Source: a virus. From it: DNA of 64,000 bases. Made by a program: the position numbers and the translations under genes. This document shows, piece after piece, positions 52,032-62,074 of this stretch (positions are counted from its first letter, which is position 1; each line of letters begins with the position of its first letter). The notes beneath the pieces were generated by a model. The model saw only the letters and a program-made list of their open reading frames with translations, searched no databases and was not told the DNA's origin. The stretch is from IMG/VR virus record IMGVR_UViG_3300035695_000003, positions 4,406 to 68,405 of that record; one strand, 5' to 3'.

Positions 52032-53311
52032 CGATGATCCTCGACTACGCGCCCGGCGCGAGCCTGAGCGACCCGACCCCGTGGTCGGTCGTTCGCGCGC
52101 ACCCGACGGTCGGGGCGACCTCGTTCTCGAAGGCCGGGCTCGTCGCGCTCTCGGCGGTCAACGTCATTCGCGACAATCATTATATCAACGGCGTTCGCAC
52201 GACCCTGCTCGAACCGTCGACCGTCAACCTGTTATTGCAATCGCAGGCCTGGGGCACCACGTGGGTGCCGAACACGCTTTCCGGCACGATCAACAACCAG
52301 GGCGCGGCGCCTGACGGGACGACGACCGCCAGTGCCGTCGTGCCCGACGGGACGAGTTCGTCGCAGCACGGGGTGGGACAGGCCGTCACGGTGGCGGCTG
52401 GAGACTTCTTCGCCGCGGCGTGCTTCCTCAAGGCCAACGGATACACGGGCGCCCAGATCGTCGTGCAAGGCACGAGCGGCTTTGCCACGTGGTTCATGGA
52501 CACGGCGCTCGGCACGATCGCCGTGGCCGGAAACAGCGTGTACGCGGCGACCGGGGCGTTCGCGGTTCCGCTCGGCAACGGCTGGTTCTGGTTCGGCGTC
52601 TGGGGTCGCACGGCGACGGACACCAGCGTGACGGTTCGCGTCCGCTGCTTCGACACGGCCGCCCACGCGCAGACGACGACCGCGTTCGTCGGGAACGGGT
52701 CTGGCATGCTCGGGTGGGGTGCCCAGTTCGAGCACTCGAACACGGTCCCGCTGTTGCCGACGAGCTACGTCGCGACGACCACCGTTGCGTTGGGGCGCGA
52801 CAACGACGTCGTGTCGACTCCGTGGCCGATCCAGACGGTGCCCGTCTGGGGCTACGTGAAGTTCTTTGATCTCGGCTGGTCGCAACGCGCTGCCTTCGAA
52901 GACCTGCTCTCGCTCTGCGACGCGTCGCTCGGCAATCCACGATTCCGTCTCACGGCCGGCAGCGGCTCGGTCGGCGCGGCGCCGAGCCATCGGGCGAACT
53001 ACGCGTCGGGCGTCGGCACCAAACAGTCGGCCGCCATCCTGACCCCCGGCGTTGACTATCAGGACAGCGTCGAGCTGTTCTGGCAATTGTTCGGCGACGG
53101 GTCCGTCGGGCTGCAGCGCTCGATCAACGGCGGGGCGGTCGCGTCGGTCGTGGACGCCGGCGCGTCCCCGGACTTCATGGACTTCGCTGCCAAGGTCTCG
53201 ACCGGCATCGTCTTGTTCTTGAACACGACGGCATCCATGGGTCTCGTCCGGCTGAAGCTCGGCCTTGATCCCACCCGCATCACCACCCTGGCGCAGGGAG
53301 CCGCGGCGTGA
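52028..53311 (+). CDS. tail protein, paralog of the central domain of the 49882 gene
   Basis: ATGA-coupled; ..AACFLKANGYTGAQIVVQGTSGFATWFMDTALGTIAVAGNSVYAATGAFAVPLGNGWFWFGVWG.. Confidence 0.55.
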   Translation: MTMILDYAPGASLSDPTPWSVVRAHPTVGATSFSKAGLVALSAVNVIRDNHYINGVRTTLLEPSTVNLLLQSQAWGTTWVPNTLSGTINNQGAAPDGTTTASAVVPDGTSSSQHGVGQAVTVAAGDFFAAACFLKANGYTGAQIVVQGTSGFATWFMDTALGTIAVAGNSVYAATGAFAVPLGNGWFWFGVWGRTATDTSVTVRVRCFDTAAHAQTTTAFVGNGSGMLGWGAQFEHSNTVPLLPTSYVATTTVALGRDNDVVSTPWPIQTVPVWGYVKFFDLGWSQRAAFEDLLSLCDASLGNPRFRLTAGSGSVGAAPSHRANYASGVGTKQSAAILTPGVDYQDSVELFWQLFGDGSVGLQRSINGGAVASVVDAGASPDFMDFAAKVSTGIVLFLNTTASMGLVRLKLGLDPTRITTLAQGAAA

Positions 53312-56300
53312 GCCAAATCCTTCCCGTCTACCGACTGACGGCCTTCCAGCCGATCACGGTCGATCCCACCGAGGCGTCGTACCTGACGCCGATCGCGGGC
53401 GCGCCGCATGCCGACAACTTCATGGTCGCGACGAGCGAGGGCATCCTGGGTCCCGACGGCACGACGACCTGCAAGCCGTACCTGGGCATGCCGACGGGCC
53501 GGCGCGGCCGGATCGACCTGATGTCCAAGAAGACGGACACGGGCGAGATCAGCTTCGACCTGCTCGACGCGCGCGTCGTGCCGGGCGGCCTCAACACCAC
53601 CCGGTGGGTGACCGCCTTCGTCGGCACGGCCATGCAGCTGCCCCAGTTCACCCGCGTCAAGGTGCTCGTCGAAGAGTCGCTGGACGGCGGGATCACCTGG
53701 ACGCCGTTCTTCACGGGACGCGTCAGTCGGCTCGGCCTGAAGAGCGGCTCGCGCGCCGTCATGACGCTCACTGTGCGCGACATGTCCGCGGACATGACCT
53801 TCGACGCCTTCGTCGGCATGCCCCACGAGCTCGTGCGCCAGACCGCGCCCCGCGCGGTGACGAGCGCGACGAGCACCACCCTGACGGACACGACGCTGGC
53901 ACTCGGCACGAATGTCAAGGCAGGTGCCGTGCTCACGATCGTCGCTGGCACCGGCGTCGGTCAGGCCCGCCAGGTGATCAGCAACACGGCGACGACCTTC
54001 ACCATCGCCGCCTGGGGCATCGTGCCGGACACCACGTCGCGCTACGCGCTCGGCTACGCGCAGCTGGTCAGCGTCATGCCGGTCGGCTTCGTGCGCCCGT
54101 ACGGGGTCGCCCCGACCACGCCCGAGCTCACGGGCACCATCTCGAGCGTCGACGCGACCAACGGCTGGGCGCTGATCGCGGTCGGGTCCTCGCAGCTGAA
54201 CCTGCCCGGGAACCTGCTGACCGGGACGCTCCAGCTGACCACGACGCCCGCCTCGATGAGCCCGTGGAACGTCCCGCAGGCGTCCGGCACGGACGCGACC
54301 AAGATCGTCCCGACGTTCACGGGCCTCGCGATCGCGCACGTGACGAACCTGAACACCGGGCAAGAAGGAGACTTCTACGCCGGCTACGGGTACTCGACCA
54401 AGTCGCTGCTGGGTCTCGGCTCGGGCCTGTTGTCGGGCTTCATGACGTCGCTCTGGGCGCTCTCGATTCGTCCCGTGACCTATCCCATCGGCGTGGCCAC
54501 GGGCACGCCGCAGGCCAACGGCGCGCAGGCCGCGAACCCGACGGCGCCGTCCGCCACGGTCACGACCAAGGGCTGGACGATCTCCACGACCAACATTCTC
54601 GGGGCCGGCGACGTGATCAGCTTTGCCGGCCACGCGCAGCGCTACTTCGTGCAGGTCGCGGCCAACTCGGACGGCTCCGGCAACGCGACGCTCACGCTCT
54701 CGCCCGGGCTCCAGTCGGCCGTGGCGAACGGCGAGGCGATCACGGTCCAGCAGTCGTCGAACCGGATGGCCGTTCCCAGCGTCAACACGCCGATCAAGTT
54801 CCACGTCGTCTGCGACATCCCGCTCGCGGACGGCGGCGGCACGTCGCCCGTCTTCGACACCAACGGCCGTCAGACCGGCACGACGCCCAAGCCCGGCAAC
54901 CTGATGCTGATCAACGACGTGCATCCGGCCCAGGTGCTCAAGGACGCGCTGCTCGGCTATTACGGCAGGTTCTTCAAGCCGACGTTCGACGCGCATTCGC
55001 AGCCGAGCCTGTTCTTGCCCGCGGGCAAGAACATCGGCGATCCCTATTATGCCTTCAACGTCCAGAACACCGATCCCGTGGGCGACGGGCGCCACGGGTT
55101 CAACGCGCTCATCGCGGACACGAGCTTCCCGAGCTTCCGCTGCATCGTCGATCAGCAGATGCCGCTGCGCGACTTCGTCGAGAAGTACATCTGCCAGCCG
55201 TACGGCATCGGGTATTATTTCGACGGCGCGGGCAACTTCGTGCCCGTCGACATGCGGCAGCCAACGTCGATCCCCGGCGGCACGATCACGATCACGGACG
55301 TGGACCTCGTCGACGACAAGCCCGCCGTCTGGACCTACGATCCGACGCAGGCCACCACGTCGGGACACTACACCGTCTATGCCGAGGCGATCTTCCAGCC
55401 GATCCAGGCGACGATCATCCCCGGCCTGCCGTTCCCCGTCATCAGCACCAAGATGTTCGCGGTCGCGGCGGGACAGGTGCAGGACTACGGTCTCGGCAAC
55501 GCGGCGCTCGGCCAGAAGCCCTACAACGTCGATTACAAGGGTTTCCGGGCGATGCCCAACGAGAGCGCGCTCTGGATCGGTTACGCGGGCTTCCCGTTCA
55601 TCATCCCGCGCTACCAGCTGATCACGCAGCAGGCGATCAGCCAGGCCATCGCGACCGTGGCGCGCCCCTTCGGGCAGGGCGCCCAGATCGTCGTGCTCAA
55701 CGCGGTGCGCAACGCCAACACCGCCAACGTCTTCCCCGGCTCGTTCATCGTCGTGAACGTCGCGGCGAACGTCGACACGGCGTCCAACACGCGCGGGCCC
55801 GCCCGCCTCGTGCTGGTGACCGAGCGCGCGGAGAACGGCGCCGAGGTCAAGATCACCGGCTTCGACTGGGGCGTCACGATCACCTCCGTCGCGCCCACGC
55901 TCGGCACGCCCGCGACGCTCGCGGGCGACGCGGCGCATTCTTGCACGTGCCTCGTCACGGCCAACGCCTCGGGCGACCCCGTCGAGGCGTGGATCAACGT
56001 CACGAGCACCGCGGTCGGCAGCCGGCCCGCGGACTCCGATCCCGGTTGGTTCTTCGTGGGCCGCGCCCCCGGGACCTGGACCTTCACGGCCCGCGGGCTG
56101 CCCGCCGGCACGCGCGTCTGGTGGCGCGGCCGCACGGCGCCGTATCGGATCGGCAACCTGTTCGGCAACAAGGTGCTCGTCAACGCGCTGAAGCTCCCGA
56201 GCGCGTGGGCCTACGGCGCCGCGTCCGTGGACCTCACGAGCCTCTCGGCGCCGACCGGCCTGACGTCGCCCTTCGTCGGCCAGACGCTGATCGACGTGAC

Positions 56301-56571
56301 CTGGGCAAACCCCGACTCGACGAAGATCGTCGAGATCTGGCTGTCGTTCCCGGCCACGACGGGCGCCGCGCAGTTCTTGGCCAAGCTGCCGCCTGGCTCG
56401 ACCCAGTACGTGATCACGGGCCTCAGCCCGAGCTCCACCTACCGGGTCCGCGTTCGCACGGTCGACTCTGTCGGCGGCTTCGCCGAGGCCACGGTCGACG
56501 TCACGACCGCGGCCGGCATCCCCGTCATCCAGCCGCCGATCGCGACCCGCGGCGGCCACCTGATGTTCTGA
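53308..56571 (+). CDS. large tail protein (host-specificity/central fiber) with a C-terminal FN3-like module
   Basis: GTGA-coupled; 1087 aa; C-terminal ..LTSPFVGQTLIDVTWANPDSTKIVEIWLSF..YVITGLSPSSTYRVRVRTV.. (FN3 signature). Confidence 0.6.
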   Translation: MSQILPVYRLTAFQPITVDPTEASYLTPIAGAPHADNFMVATSEGILGPDGTTTCKPYLGMPTGRRGRIDLMSKKTDTGEISFDLLDARVVPGGLNTTRWVTAFVGTAMQLPQFTRVKVLVEESLDGGITWTPFFTGRVSRLGLKSGSRAVMTLTVRDMSADMTFDAFVGMPHELVRQTAPRAVTSATSTTLTDTTLALGTNVKAGAVLTIVAGTGVGQARQVISNTATTFTIAAWGIVPDTTSRYALGYAQLVSVMPVGFVRPYGVAPTTPELTGTISSVDATNGWALIAVGSSQLNLPGNLLTGTLQLTTTPASMSPWNVPQASGTDATKIVPTFTGLAIAHVTNLNTGQEGDFYAGYGYSTKSLLGLGSGLLSGFMTSLWALSIRPVTYPIGVATGTPQANGAQAANPTAPSATVTTKGWTISTTNILGAGDVISFAGHAQRYFVQVAANSDGSGNATLTLSPGLQSAVANGEAITVQQSSNRMAVPSVNTPIKFHVVCDIPLADGGGTSPVFDTNGRQTGTTPKPGNLMLINDVHPAQVLKDALLGYYGRFFKPTFDAHSQPSLFLPAGKNIGDPYYAFNVQNTDPVGDGRHGFNALIADTSFPSFRCIVDQQMPLRDFVEKYICQPYGIGYYFDGAGNFVPVDMRQPTSIPGGTITITDVDLVDDKPAVWTYDPTQATTSGHYTVYAEAIFQPIQATIIPGLPFPVISTKMFAVAAGQVQDYGLGNAALGQKPYNVDYKGFRAMPNESALWIGYAGFPFIIPRYQLITQQAISQAIATVARPFGQGAQIVVLNAVRNANTANVFPGSFIVVNVAANVDTASNTRGPARLVLVTERAENGAEVKITGFDWGVTITSVAPTLGTPATLAGDAAHSCTCLVTANASGDPVEAWINVTSTAVGSRPADSDPGWFFVGRAPGTWTFTARGLPAGTRVWWRGRTAPYRIGNLFGNKVLVNALKLPSAWAYGAASVDLTSLSAPTGLTSPFVGQTLIDVTWANPDSTKIVEIWLSFPATTGAAQFLAKLPPGSTQYVITGLSPSSTYRVRVRTVDSVGGFAEATVDVTTAAGIPVIQPPIATRGGHLMF

Positions 56572-56577
56572 GGTCCC

Positions 56578-58398
56578 ATGTCCATCGACGCCACGGTTCC
56601 CGTCTATCCGCCGCTCGTCCTCGCCTTCGGCAACGTCGTCACGGTCCAGCCGTCCGACGCCACGAAGCGCATCGAGGTCTGGCGCGCGCCCGACAACGGC
56701 TCCGGTGCTCCCAACGACGCCGCGGCGGTGACGTGCGCCACGCTGCCGCCGTCGCCGCTCGGCGGCGTCTCGTTCGTGGACCCGCTGCCGAACGACGGCG
56801 CGCTGCGCTTCTACAAGAGCCGGCATCTGGACGACGCGGGCAACGCGTCGGCGTTCACGGCCTACTCCGACGGCCTCGCGCCCGTGCTCATCACGGGCAC
56901 GACCTTGCTGGAGCCCATGGCCGCGTTCGGGGCCATCGTCGACGCGCTGACGAACACCCGGTACGAGATCCGGTTCGCCTCGACCTATCTGGATCCCGAC
57001 GGCATCGACGGGATGCAGAGCTACATCGACTTCACGGCCACCACGAACTTCATGCGCATCGGTCACGCGCCCGTGGCCATCAGCTCGTCGACGAACGCCA
57101 GCCCGATCGCGGTCACCACCGGCACGGCCCACGGGTACACGACGGGCGACGCGGTCACGATCCGCGGGCACCTGGTCAACACGAACGCCAACGGCACCTG
57201 GACGGTGACCGTCTCGAGCTCGACGGTCTTCACCCTGAACGGCTCGACGGGCAACGGCGTCGGCGCCGCGACGGGGCACGCCGTGGGCCTGGAGCTCACG
57301 GTCGCGCCCGACGGCACGCTCACGAGCTACGGCAACATCGTCACGCGCTCGATCAAGGTGCTCGACACCAACAACGCCGTCATCATGGACGTCGAGAGCG
57401 GCAAGCGCATCTTCGGCATCCCGATCGCGACGTCCGTGGACAGCGGGGCGACGCTCACGGTCGACCTGTCGACGGGCCTGACCAACCAGATCCGCCTGAC
57501 GAACAGCGCCGCGGTCATCACACTCACGAACCCCACCGACGGCGGCCGCTACCGGTTCTGGCTCCAGCAGGACACGACGGGCAGCAGGGCCTTCCCGACG
57601 TTCCTGGACCAGTTCGGGCAGAACATGCTGATGTTCACGAACGACACGCCGCCGACCTTGACGACGACGCCGGGCGCGATCGACATCTTCGAGCTGGAAT
57701 ACCGGAAGAACCCTCGCGGGTTCTACACGTGCATGCCGTTGCAGGCCAACGTGTTGACGCCCGCGCCGATCCTCGAGAGCGTCACGGGGACGGGGCTCGC
57801 CACGGCGGGCACCACAATCAACGTGAACATGCCCGCGGGCGGAAGCTCGGTCGCCGTCGGCGACCTGCTCTTGGTCCTGCTCGACATCAACACGTCGACC
57901 GCCAACACGCCGGCCGGCTGGACGCTGATCACGAGCGTCGGCCACGGCGGGTCGAGCGGCGGCCTGTACCTGTTCGGGAAGGTCTCGTTGACCGGCACGG
58001 AGGGCGGCACGACGGTCGCCTTCACGACGGCAGGCGCCACGACGATGGCCGCGCAATGCATCCAGGTGCGTCGGTGGTCCGGCGTGCTGGCGCAGGTCTA
58101 CGCCGTGGCGGCGACCGGCGGCAGCGTCAGCGCGAATCCGCCTCCGCCGGCCTTGACGCCCGGTCCGACGGACCGGTTCTTGTGGCTCGCGGTCTGCGGC
58201 TCGCAGGGCGCGCCGACGATCAGCGCGTACCCGTCCAGCTTCACCAACGGGACGCAGCAGACGTCCGGCGGCGCCAACTCGCAGGTGGCGAGCGCGCGCC
58301 GGTTCCTCTACGCGTCGACGCTGACGCCCGGGACCTTCACGCTGTCGTCGTCTCAGTTCTGGGCGACCATGACGATCGCGATCAGCAATCCGTTCTGA
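56578..58398 (+). CDS. tail fiber protein
   Basis: SD GAGG; 606 aa, Thr/Gly/Ala-rich; the last gene before the terminator. Confidence 0.55.
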   Translation: MSIDATVPVYPPLVLAFGNVVTVQPSDATKRIEVWRAPDNGSGAPNDAAAVTCATLPPSPLGGVSFVDPLPNDGALRFYKSRHLDDAGNASAFTAYSDGLAPVLITGTTLLEPMAAFGAIVDALTNTRYEIRFASTYLDPDGIDGMQSYIDFTATTNFMRIGHAPVAISSSTNASPIAVTTGTAHGYTTGDAVTIRGHLVNTNANGTWTVTVSSSTVFTLNGSTGNGVGAATGHAVGLELTVAPDGTLTSYGNIVTRSIKVLDTNNAVIMDVESGKRIFGIPIATSVDSGATLTVDLSTGLTNQIRLTNSAAVITLTNPTDGGRYRFWLQQDTTGSRAFPTFLDQFGQNMLMFTNDTPPTLTTTPGAIDIFELEYRKNPRGFYTCMPLQANVLTPAPILESVTGTGLATAGTTINVNMPAGGSSVAVGDLLLVLLDINTSTANTPAGWTLITSVGHGGSSGGLYLFGKVSLTGTEGGTTVAFTTAGATTMAAQCIQVRRWSGVLAQVYAVAATGGSVSANPPPPALTPGPTDRFLWLAVCGSQGAPTISAYPSSFTNGTQQTSGGANSQVASARRFLYASTLTPGTFTLSSSQFWATMTIAISNPF

Positions 58399-58411
58399 TC
58401 TGATCCGGCTA

Positions 58412-58448
58412 ACAAAAAGGCCCCTCGATCGAGGGGCCTTTTGCTTTA
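58412..58448. terminator. bidirectional rho-independent terminator between the convergent late (+) and early (-) units
   Basis: AAGGCCCCTCGA/TCGAGGGGCCTT 12-bp perfect inverted repeat, followed by TTTTGCTTT on the plus strand and TTTTTGTT on the minus strand. Confidence 0.6.
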
Positions 58449-60470
58449 TCCGTTGTTTGCCGCGTCGACCGCGGCCTTCAGCGATGCCGTCGGCGCCTCT
58501 TCGTCAGGATCTTCCTTGATCAGCGCGCCCCAGGAATCGCCCGCCTTGATGTCGGCCCGGATCGGCACGCGGAGCTCGGGACCGTCGGACGGCCCCCAGT
58601 CCTCCATCGCCTCGCGCAGCCTCTTCATGAAGACGTCTTGCTGCTCGCGCGGGACCGACAGGTCCATCTCGTCGTGGACCGTGAGGTGCAAGAACGTGTC
58701 GCGCCAGTCGACGAGCGAGGCCACCCGCACCATCGCCTTCTTCATCAGGTCGGCCGCGGAGCCCTGGAGCAGGTAGTTGAGCGCGCGGTACGTGCCCGCG
58801 TGGACCTCGCCCGGCCGCGAGCGGAACTGCTTGCCGCTCGCCTCGACGCGGCGCCGCATCTCCTCGATCGTCGGGAACCGGCAGCGCCGCCCGCCCCACG
58901 TGGTGATGTAGCCGCGCCGGTTCGCGCGCTGGTCCGCCAGCCGGTAGATCTGCGCGACCTCGGGCACCTTCTCGTCGTAGATCCCCACGACCTCTTTCCA
59001 GAGCTCGACGCTGATGCCCGCCGTGGCCGCCGCCTTGGCCAGCCCCGCGCCGTACACCTTCGCGAAGTTGACGTTCTTGGTCCGGCGCCGGTTGCAGATG
59101 TCCATCCGGTCGATCAAGAGCGTCAGCATGCAGTGGAAATCCGCGCCGACGATCGAGTGGTCCTTGCCGCAGGCCCGACAGATCTCCGACGGCTGCGGCC
59201 TGTTGTACGCGTCCGCGATCGAGCCGCCCGCGTAGTGCCCCAGGAACCGGTACTCGATCTGCGAGTAGTCGGCCTTGACCCACGCGTGGTCTGGCGACCA
59301 CGGCACGAACAGGCTCCGGATCAGCCGGCCCGGCGCCGGATGACGGTCGCCCGGGACGTTGTGGAGCGAAGACCCGAACCGGCCCGTGACCGTGCCGTAG
59401 CGCTTGCCCGCCTCGGTCTGCACGGGCAACGGGTGAAACTCGCCGTGGACGAGGTCCTGCTCGTCGGCCTCGCCCAAGATGTACGAGTCGATGAACGTGC
59501 CCTGGAGCTTCGAGAGCTCGCGCACGTCGAGCAGCGTCCGCGCCGCGGGATGCTGCTCGGCCGCCGCCTCGAGCGCCGCCTTCACGACGGAGTCGTTGCC
59601 GGACTCCGTCTCGCCGACGGCCGGGATCTCGAGCGCCCGGAACACCGGCGCCGACTGCTTGGTGCTCGGCACGATCCACTCGGCGTTCGGCGGCATGGGA
59701 AAGCCCGCCTGCTCGGCGATCTCTGCCCAGCGCGTCTTGGCCCGTCCCAGCTCGGCGGCGAGGCCTGCCCGCGCCCGCTCGGCCCGCGCCCGGTCGATCC
59801 GCACGCCCGCCATGGTCATGTTGACCGTGACCGGGATGATCTGCGTCTCGAGCCGGTACACGCTGCCCAGTCCCTGCTGCTCGATCAGCGCCACGTTCCG
59901 GTCGTGGAGCTCCAGCGTGAGGTCCGAGTCGCCGACAGCGTACGGCGCGACGAGGTCTCCCGGGGCGCGCCAGAAGTTCTTGGCCTGGACCGAGTGCCAC
60001 GGCTTGCCGCCGAACTGCGCGGCGCACCATTCGACCAGGTAGCCGTCGTCCTTGTGCTTGTTCAGGTACTTGCCGCAGAGCCGTTCCAGCGAGTACGACG
60101 GCTCTTGCTCGTTCAGCAGCGCGGCGCTCGTGCCCGCGTCGCAGAAGTTCGGCAAGAGCGTCGGCCACGTCAAGATGCCTTCCTGCACCAGCATCTTGAG
60201 ATCGTACGGCGCGTTGAAGAAGACGGCCAAGAGCTCCGGCCGATGGAGGAACTCGCGCCGGAACCAGTCGGCCGCCTCGCCGCGGGAGCAGTTGTTCCCG
60301 CCGCCCTCGTGGCCCCAGCACATGTACCACCCGTGGTAGCCGGGGCCTTCGTCGTCGGGCACGGAGACGCTGATGCCCACGGGACGACGGAGGCGGATCT
60401 GCTCCTCCGTCGTCGTCTCCGTGTCGACGCCGGCCCGGTCGTAGCGCGCCAGGTCCGGGAAGACCGTCAC
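58446..60470 (-). CDS. polA: DNA polymerase I (family A) with a 3'-5' exonuclease domain
   Basis: GTG start in GTGA overlap. Exo motif ..AGVDTETT..; Pol motif A ..VKADYSQIEYRFL..; motif B ..RRRTKNVNFAKVYG..; motif C ..VHDEMDL... Confidence 0.85.
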   Translation of the reverse strand: MTVFPDLARYDRAGVDTETTTEEQIRLRRPVGISVSVPDDEGPGYHGWYMCWGHEGGGNNCSRGEAADWFRREFLHRPELLAVFFNAPYDLKMLVQEGILTWPTLLPNFCDAGTSAALLNEQEPSYSLERLCGKYLNKHKDDGYLVEWCAAQFGGKPWHSVQAKNFWRAPGDLVAPYAVGDSDLTLELHDRNVALIEQQGLGSVYRLETQIIPVTVNMTMAGVRIDRARAERARAGLAAELGRAKTRWAEIAEQAGFPMPPNAEWIVPSTKQSAPVFRALEIPAVGETESGNDSVVKAALEAAAEQHPAARTLLDVRELSKLQGTFIDSYILGEADEQDLVHGEFHPLPVQTEAGKRYGTVTGRFGSSLHNVPGDRHPAPGRLIRSLFVPWSPDHAWVKADYSQIEYRFLGHYAGGSIADAYNRPQPSEICRACGKDHSIVGADFHCMLTLLIDRMDICNRRRTKNVNFAKVYGAGLAKAAATAGISVELWKEVVGIYDEKVPEVAQIYRLADQRANRRGYITTWGGRRCRFPTIEEMRRRVEASGKQFRSRPGEVHAGTYRALNYLLQGSAADLMKKAMVRVASLVDWRDTFLHLTVHDEMDLSVPREQQDVFMKRLREAMEDWGPSDGPELRVPIRADIKAGDSWGALIKEDPDEEAPTASLKAAVDAANNG

Positions 60471-61219
60471 GACGCGATCTTCTCGAAGACCAGCGTGCTG
60501 GTCTGCTTGCCGGGGAGCGGCTTCACCGCCACCTGCCCGGCCGTCGTCCGGCCGGGCAAGATGCTGGTCTTGAAGTAGTACCAGGCATCCGCCGCCGAGT
60601 CGAACGGGCGAACGTCGACGCGACCTTCGTCGAACTTGATGTCGACGACCTCGCTGCCGTCGATCACCAGCGCGTACTTCGTCGGGGCCGCGCTCTCGAC
60701 CGCGAAGACCTCGCCGAGCTCGTAGCTCACGGCGCCCGCGCACCACGGGCTGCCCACGGTGCCCGCCTTTTCGCACTTGCGCGTGTGGAGCTCGACGCGC
60801 CGCAGCAGGTCGGCGACGTGGAGATGCACCGCGTCCATGGTCAGCTGGCCGTTGTTCGACCAGCCCGTCTTGTCGGTGCCGACGAAGTACAACGTCGACT
60901 CGTTCTGGAAGGCGCTGGAGCGCCAGCGCACCGCGTAGCCCTTGAACGTCTTGGTCGTGCCCATCGTGACCTCCACCTTGGGGTGTAAGAGACCGTCCAG
61001 CATCACCTGGATCGTGTGCCGCGCGCGCGGCAGCCGGCACTTGCAGCAGACGCCGGGACGTCCCAGCTCTTCCGCGTAGGCGCAGAGCGTCATGGTGCTG
61101 CCGCCCGGCCGCCAGTCGAACATCATCTTCTCAGAATCGCCCGGCGGCGCCACGAGGAACGCCAGTCCCTTCGGGACGGCCGACGAGACGACGACCTTCA
61201 GGCCAAAGAGATCCTTCAT
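60467..61219 (-). CDS. hypothetical protein
   Basis: MKDLFGLKVVVSSAVPKGLAFLVAPPGDSEKMMFDW..; globular composition over 250 aa. Confidence 0.55.
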   Translation of the reverse strand: MKDLFGLKVVVSSAVPKGLAFLVAPPGDSEKMMFDWRPGGSTMTLCAYAEELGRPGVCCKCRLPRARHTIQVMLDGLLHPKVEVTMGTTKTFKGYAVRWRSSAFQNESTLYFVGTDKTGWSNNGQLTMDAVHLHVADLLRRVELHTRKCEKAGTVGSPWCAGAVSYELGEVFAVESAAPTKYALVIDGSEVVDIKFDEGRVDVRPFDSAADAWYYFKTSILPGRTTAGQVAVKPLPGKQTSTLVFEKIAS

Positions 61220-61229
61220 CGTTCTGCTC

Positions 61230-61811
61230 CTATTCGAGGGTGACGGAGGACGTCGGCTGCGCCGCGGCCTCCGCGTTGTGGACGCCGGCGCCGGTCGAGT
61301 AGAACCCGTGCTCGTCCACGATGAGCCGGTAGGCGCGGACCTTCGCGTAGGTCGTCAGGTACAGGCGCGGGTTCTTCAGGCCGTACTGGCCCAGGTCCAG
61401 CTCGTTCACCGCCGCCTGCTCCACCATGTCGGGGTCGCATTCGGCCTCGGCGTGGCTCGACAGGTGCTGGGCCACGGCGCCGACCGCCAGGCTCGCGACC
61501 GTCAGCTCCGGGTTCTGCATCGTGGCGTACAGCGTCTTCAGGTCGTCGATCTCGTAGCCGATGACGCCGGCGAACGTGACCGTCTTGCCGTCCGTGGTCG
61601 TGACCGTCTGCGGCGCGAGGCTCGCGAAGTGGAGCCGGACCTCTTGCCGGTAGACGACGTCCAGGTACGGGACGCGGAAATGCAGCCCCGGCCCGTACTC
61701 CGCCGGCGGACCGCCCGCGCGGACGCGCAGGGCGCGCTCCCACGGAGCGACCACGAACCACCAGACGAACAGCGCCCAGAACCTGAGAAAGAGCCCGATG
61801 AGGGCGTTCAC
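61230..61811 (-). CDS. SPFH/band-7-like membrane protein (tentative)
   Basis: GTGA-coupled GTG; ..LIGLFLRFWALFVWWFVVAPW.. TM then ..YRQEVRLHFASLAPQTVTTTDGKTVTFAGVIGYEIDD... Confidence 0.4.
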   Translation of the reverse strand: MNALIGLFLRFWALFVWWFVVAPWERALRVRAGGPPAEYGPGLHFRVPYLDVVYRQEVRLHFASLAPQTVTTTDGKTVTFAGVIGYEIDDLKTLYATMQNPELTVASLAVGAVAQHLSSHAEAECDPDMVEQAAVNELDLGQYGLKNPRLYLTTYAKVRAYRLIVDEHGFYSTGAGVHNAEAAAQPTSSVTLE

Positions 61812-62044
61812 GACAGGACGGGTCCCACCGGGACGAGCACGACCTGTTCGAGACACCCGATGATCTCGTAGGGCGCCCGGAAGATCTCGTCGTTGCGCCG
61901 GCCGTAGGCCGACACCTCGTTCAGGAGCTGCGTGACGCTCGAGAAGATCGTGGCGCGCTCGACCGGCACGTACGAGAGGTACTCGGGACCGAACCACACG
62001 TAGTTGTCTGAGCCCGGCACCTTGTGCTTGATCACGAACTTCAT
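61808..62044 (-). CDS. hypothetical protein
   Basis: MKFVIKHKVPGSDNYVWFGPEYLSYVPVERATIFSSV.. Confidence 0.5.
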   Translation of the reverse strand: MKFVIKHKVPGSDNYVWFGPEYLSYVPVERATIFSSVTQLLNEVSAYGRRNDEIFRAPYEIIGCLEQVVLVPVGPVLS

Positions 62045-62074
62045 GGTCTGCCTTCCTCCGTGAGGGCGTTCATC

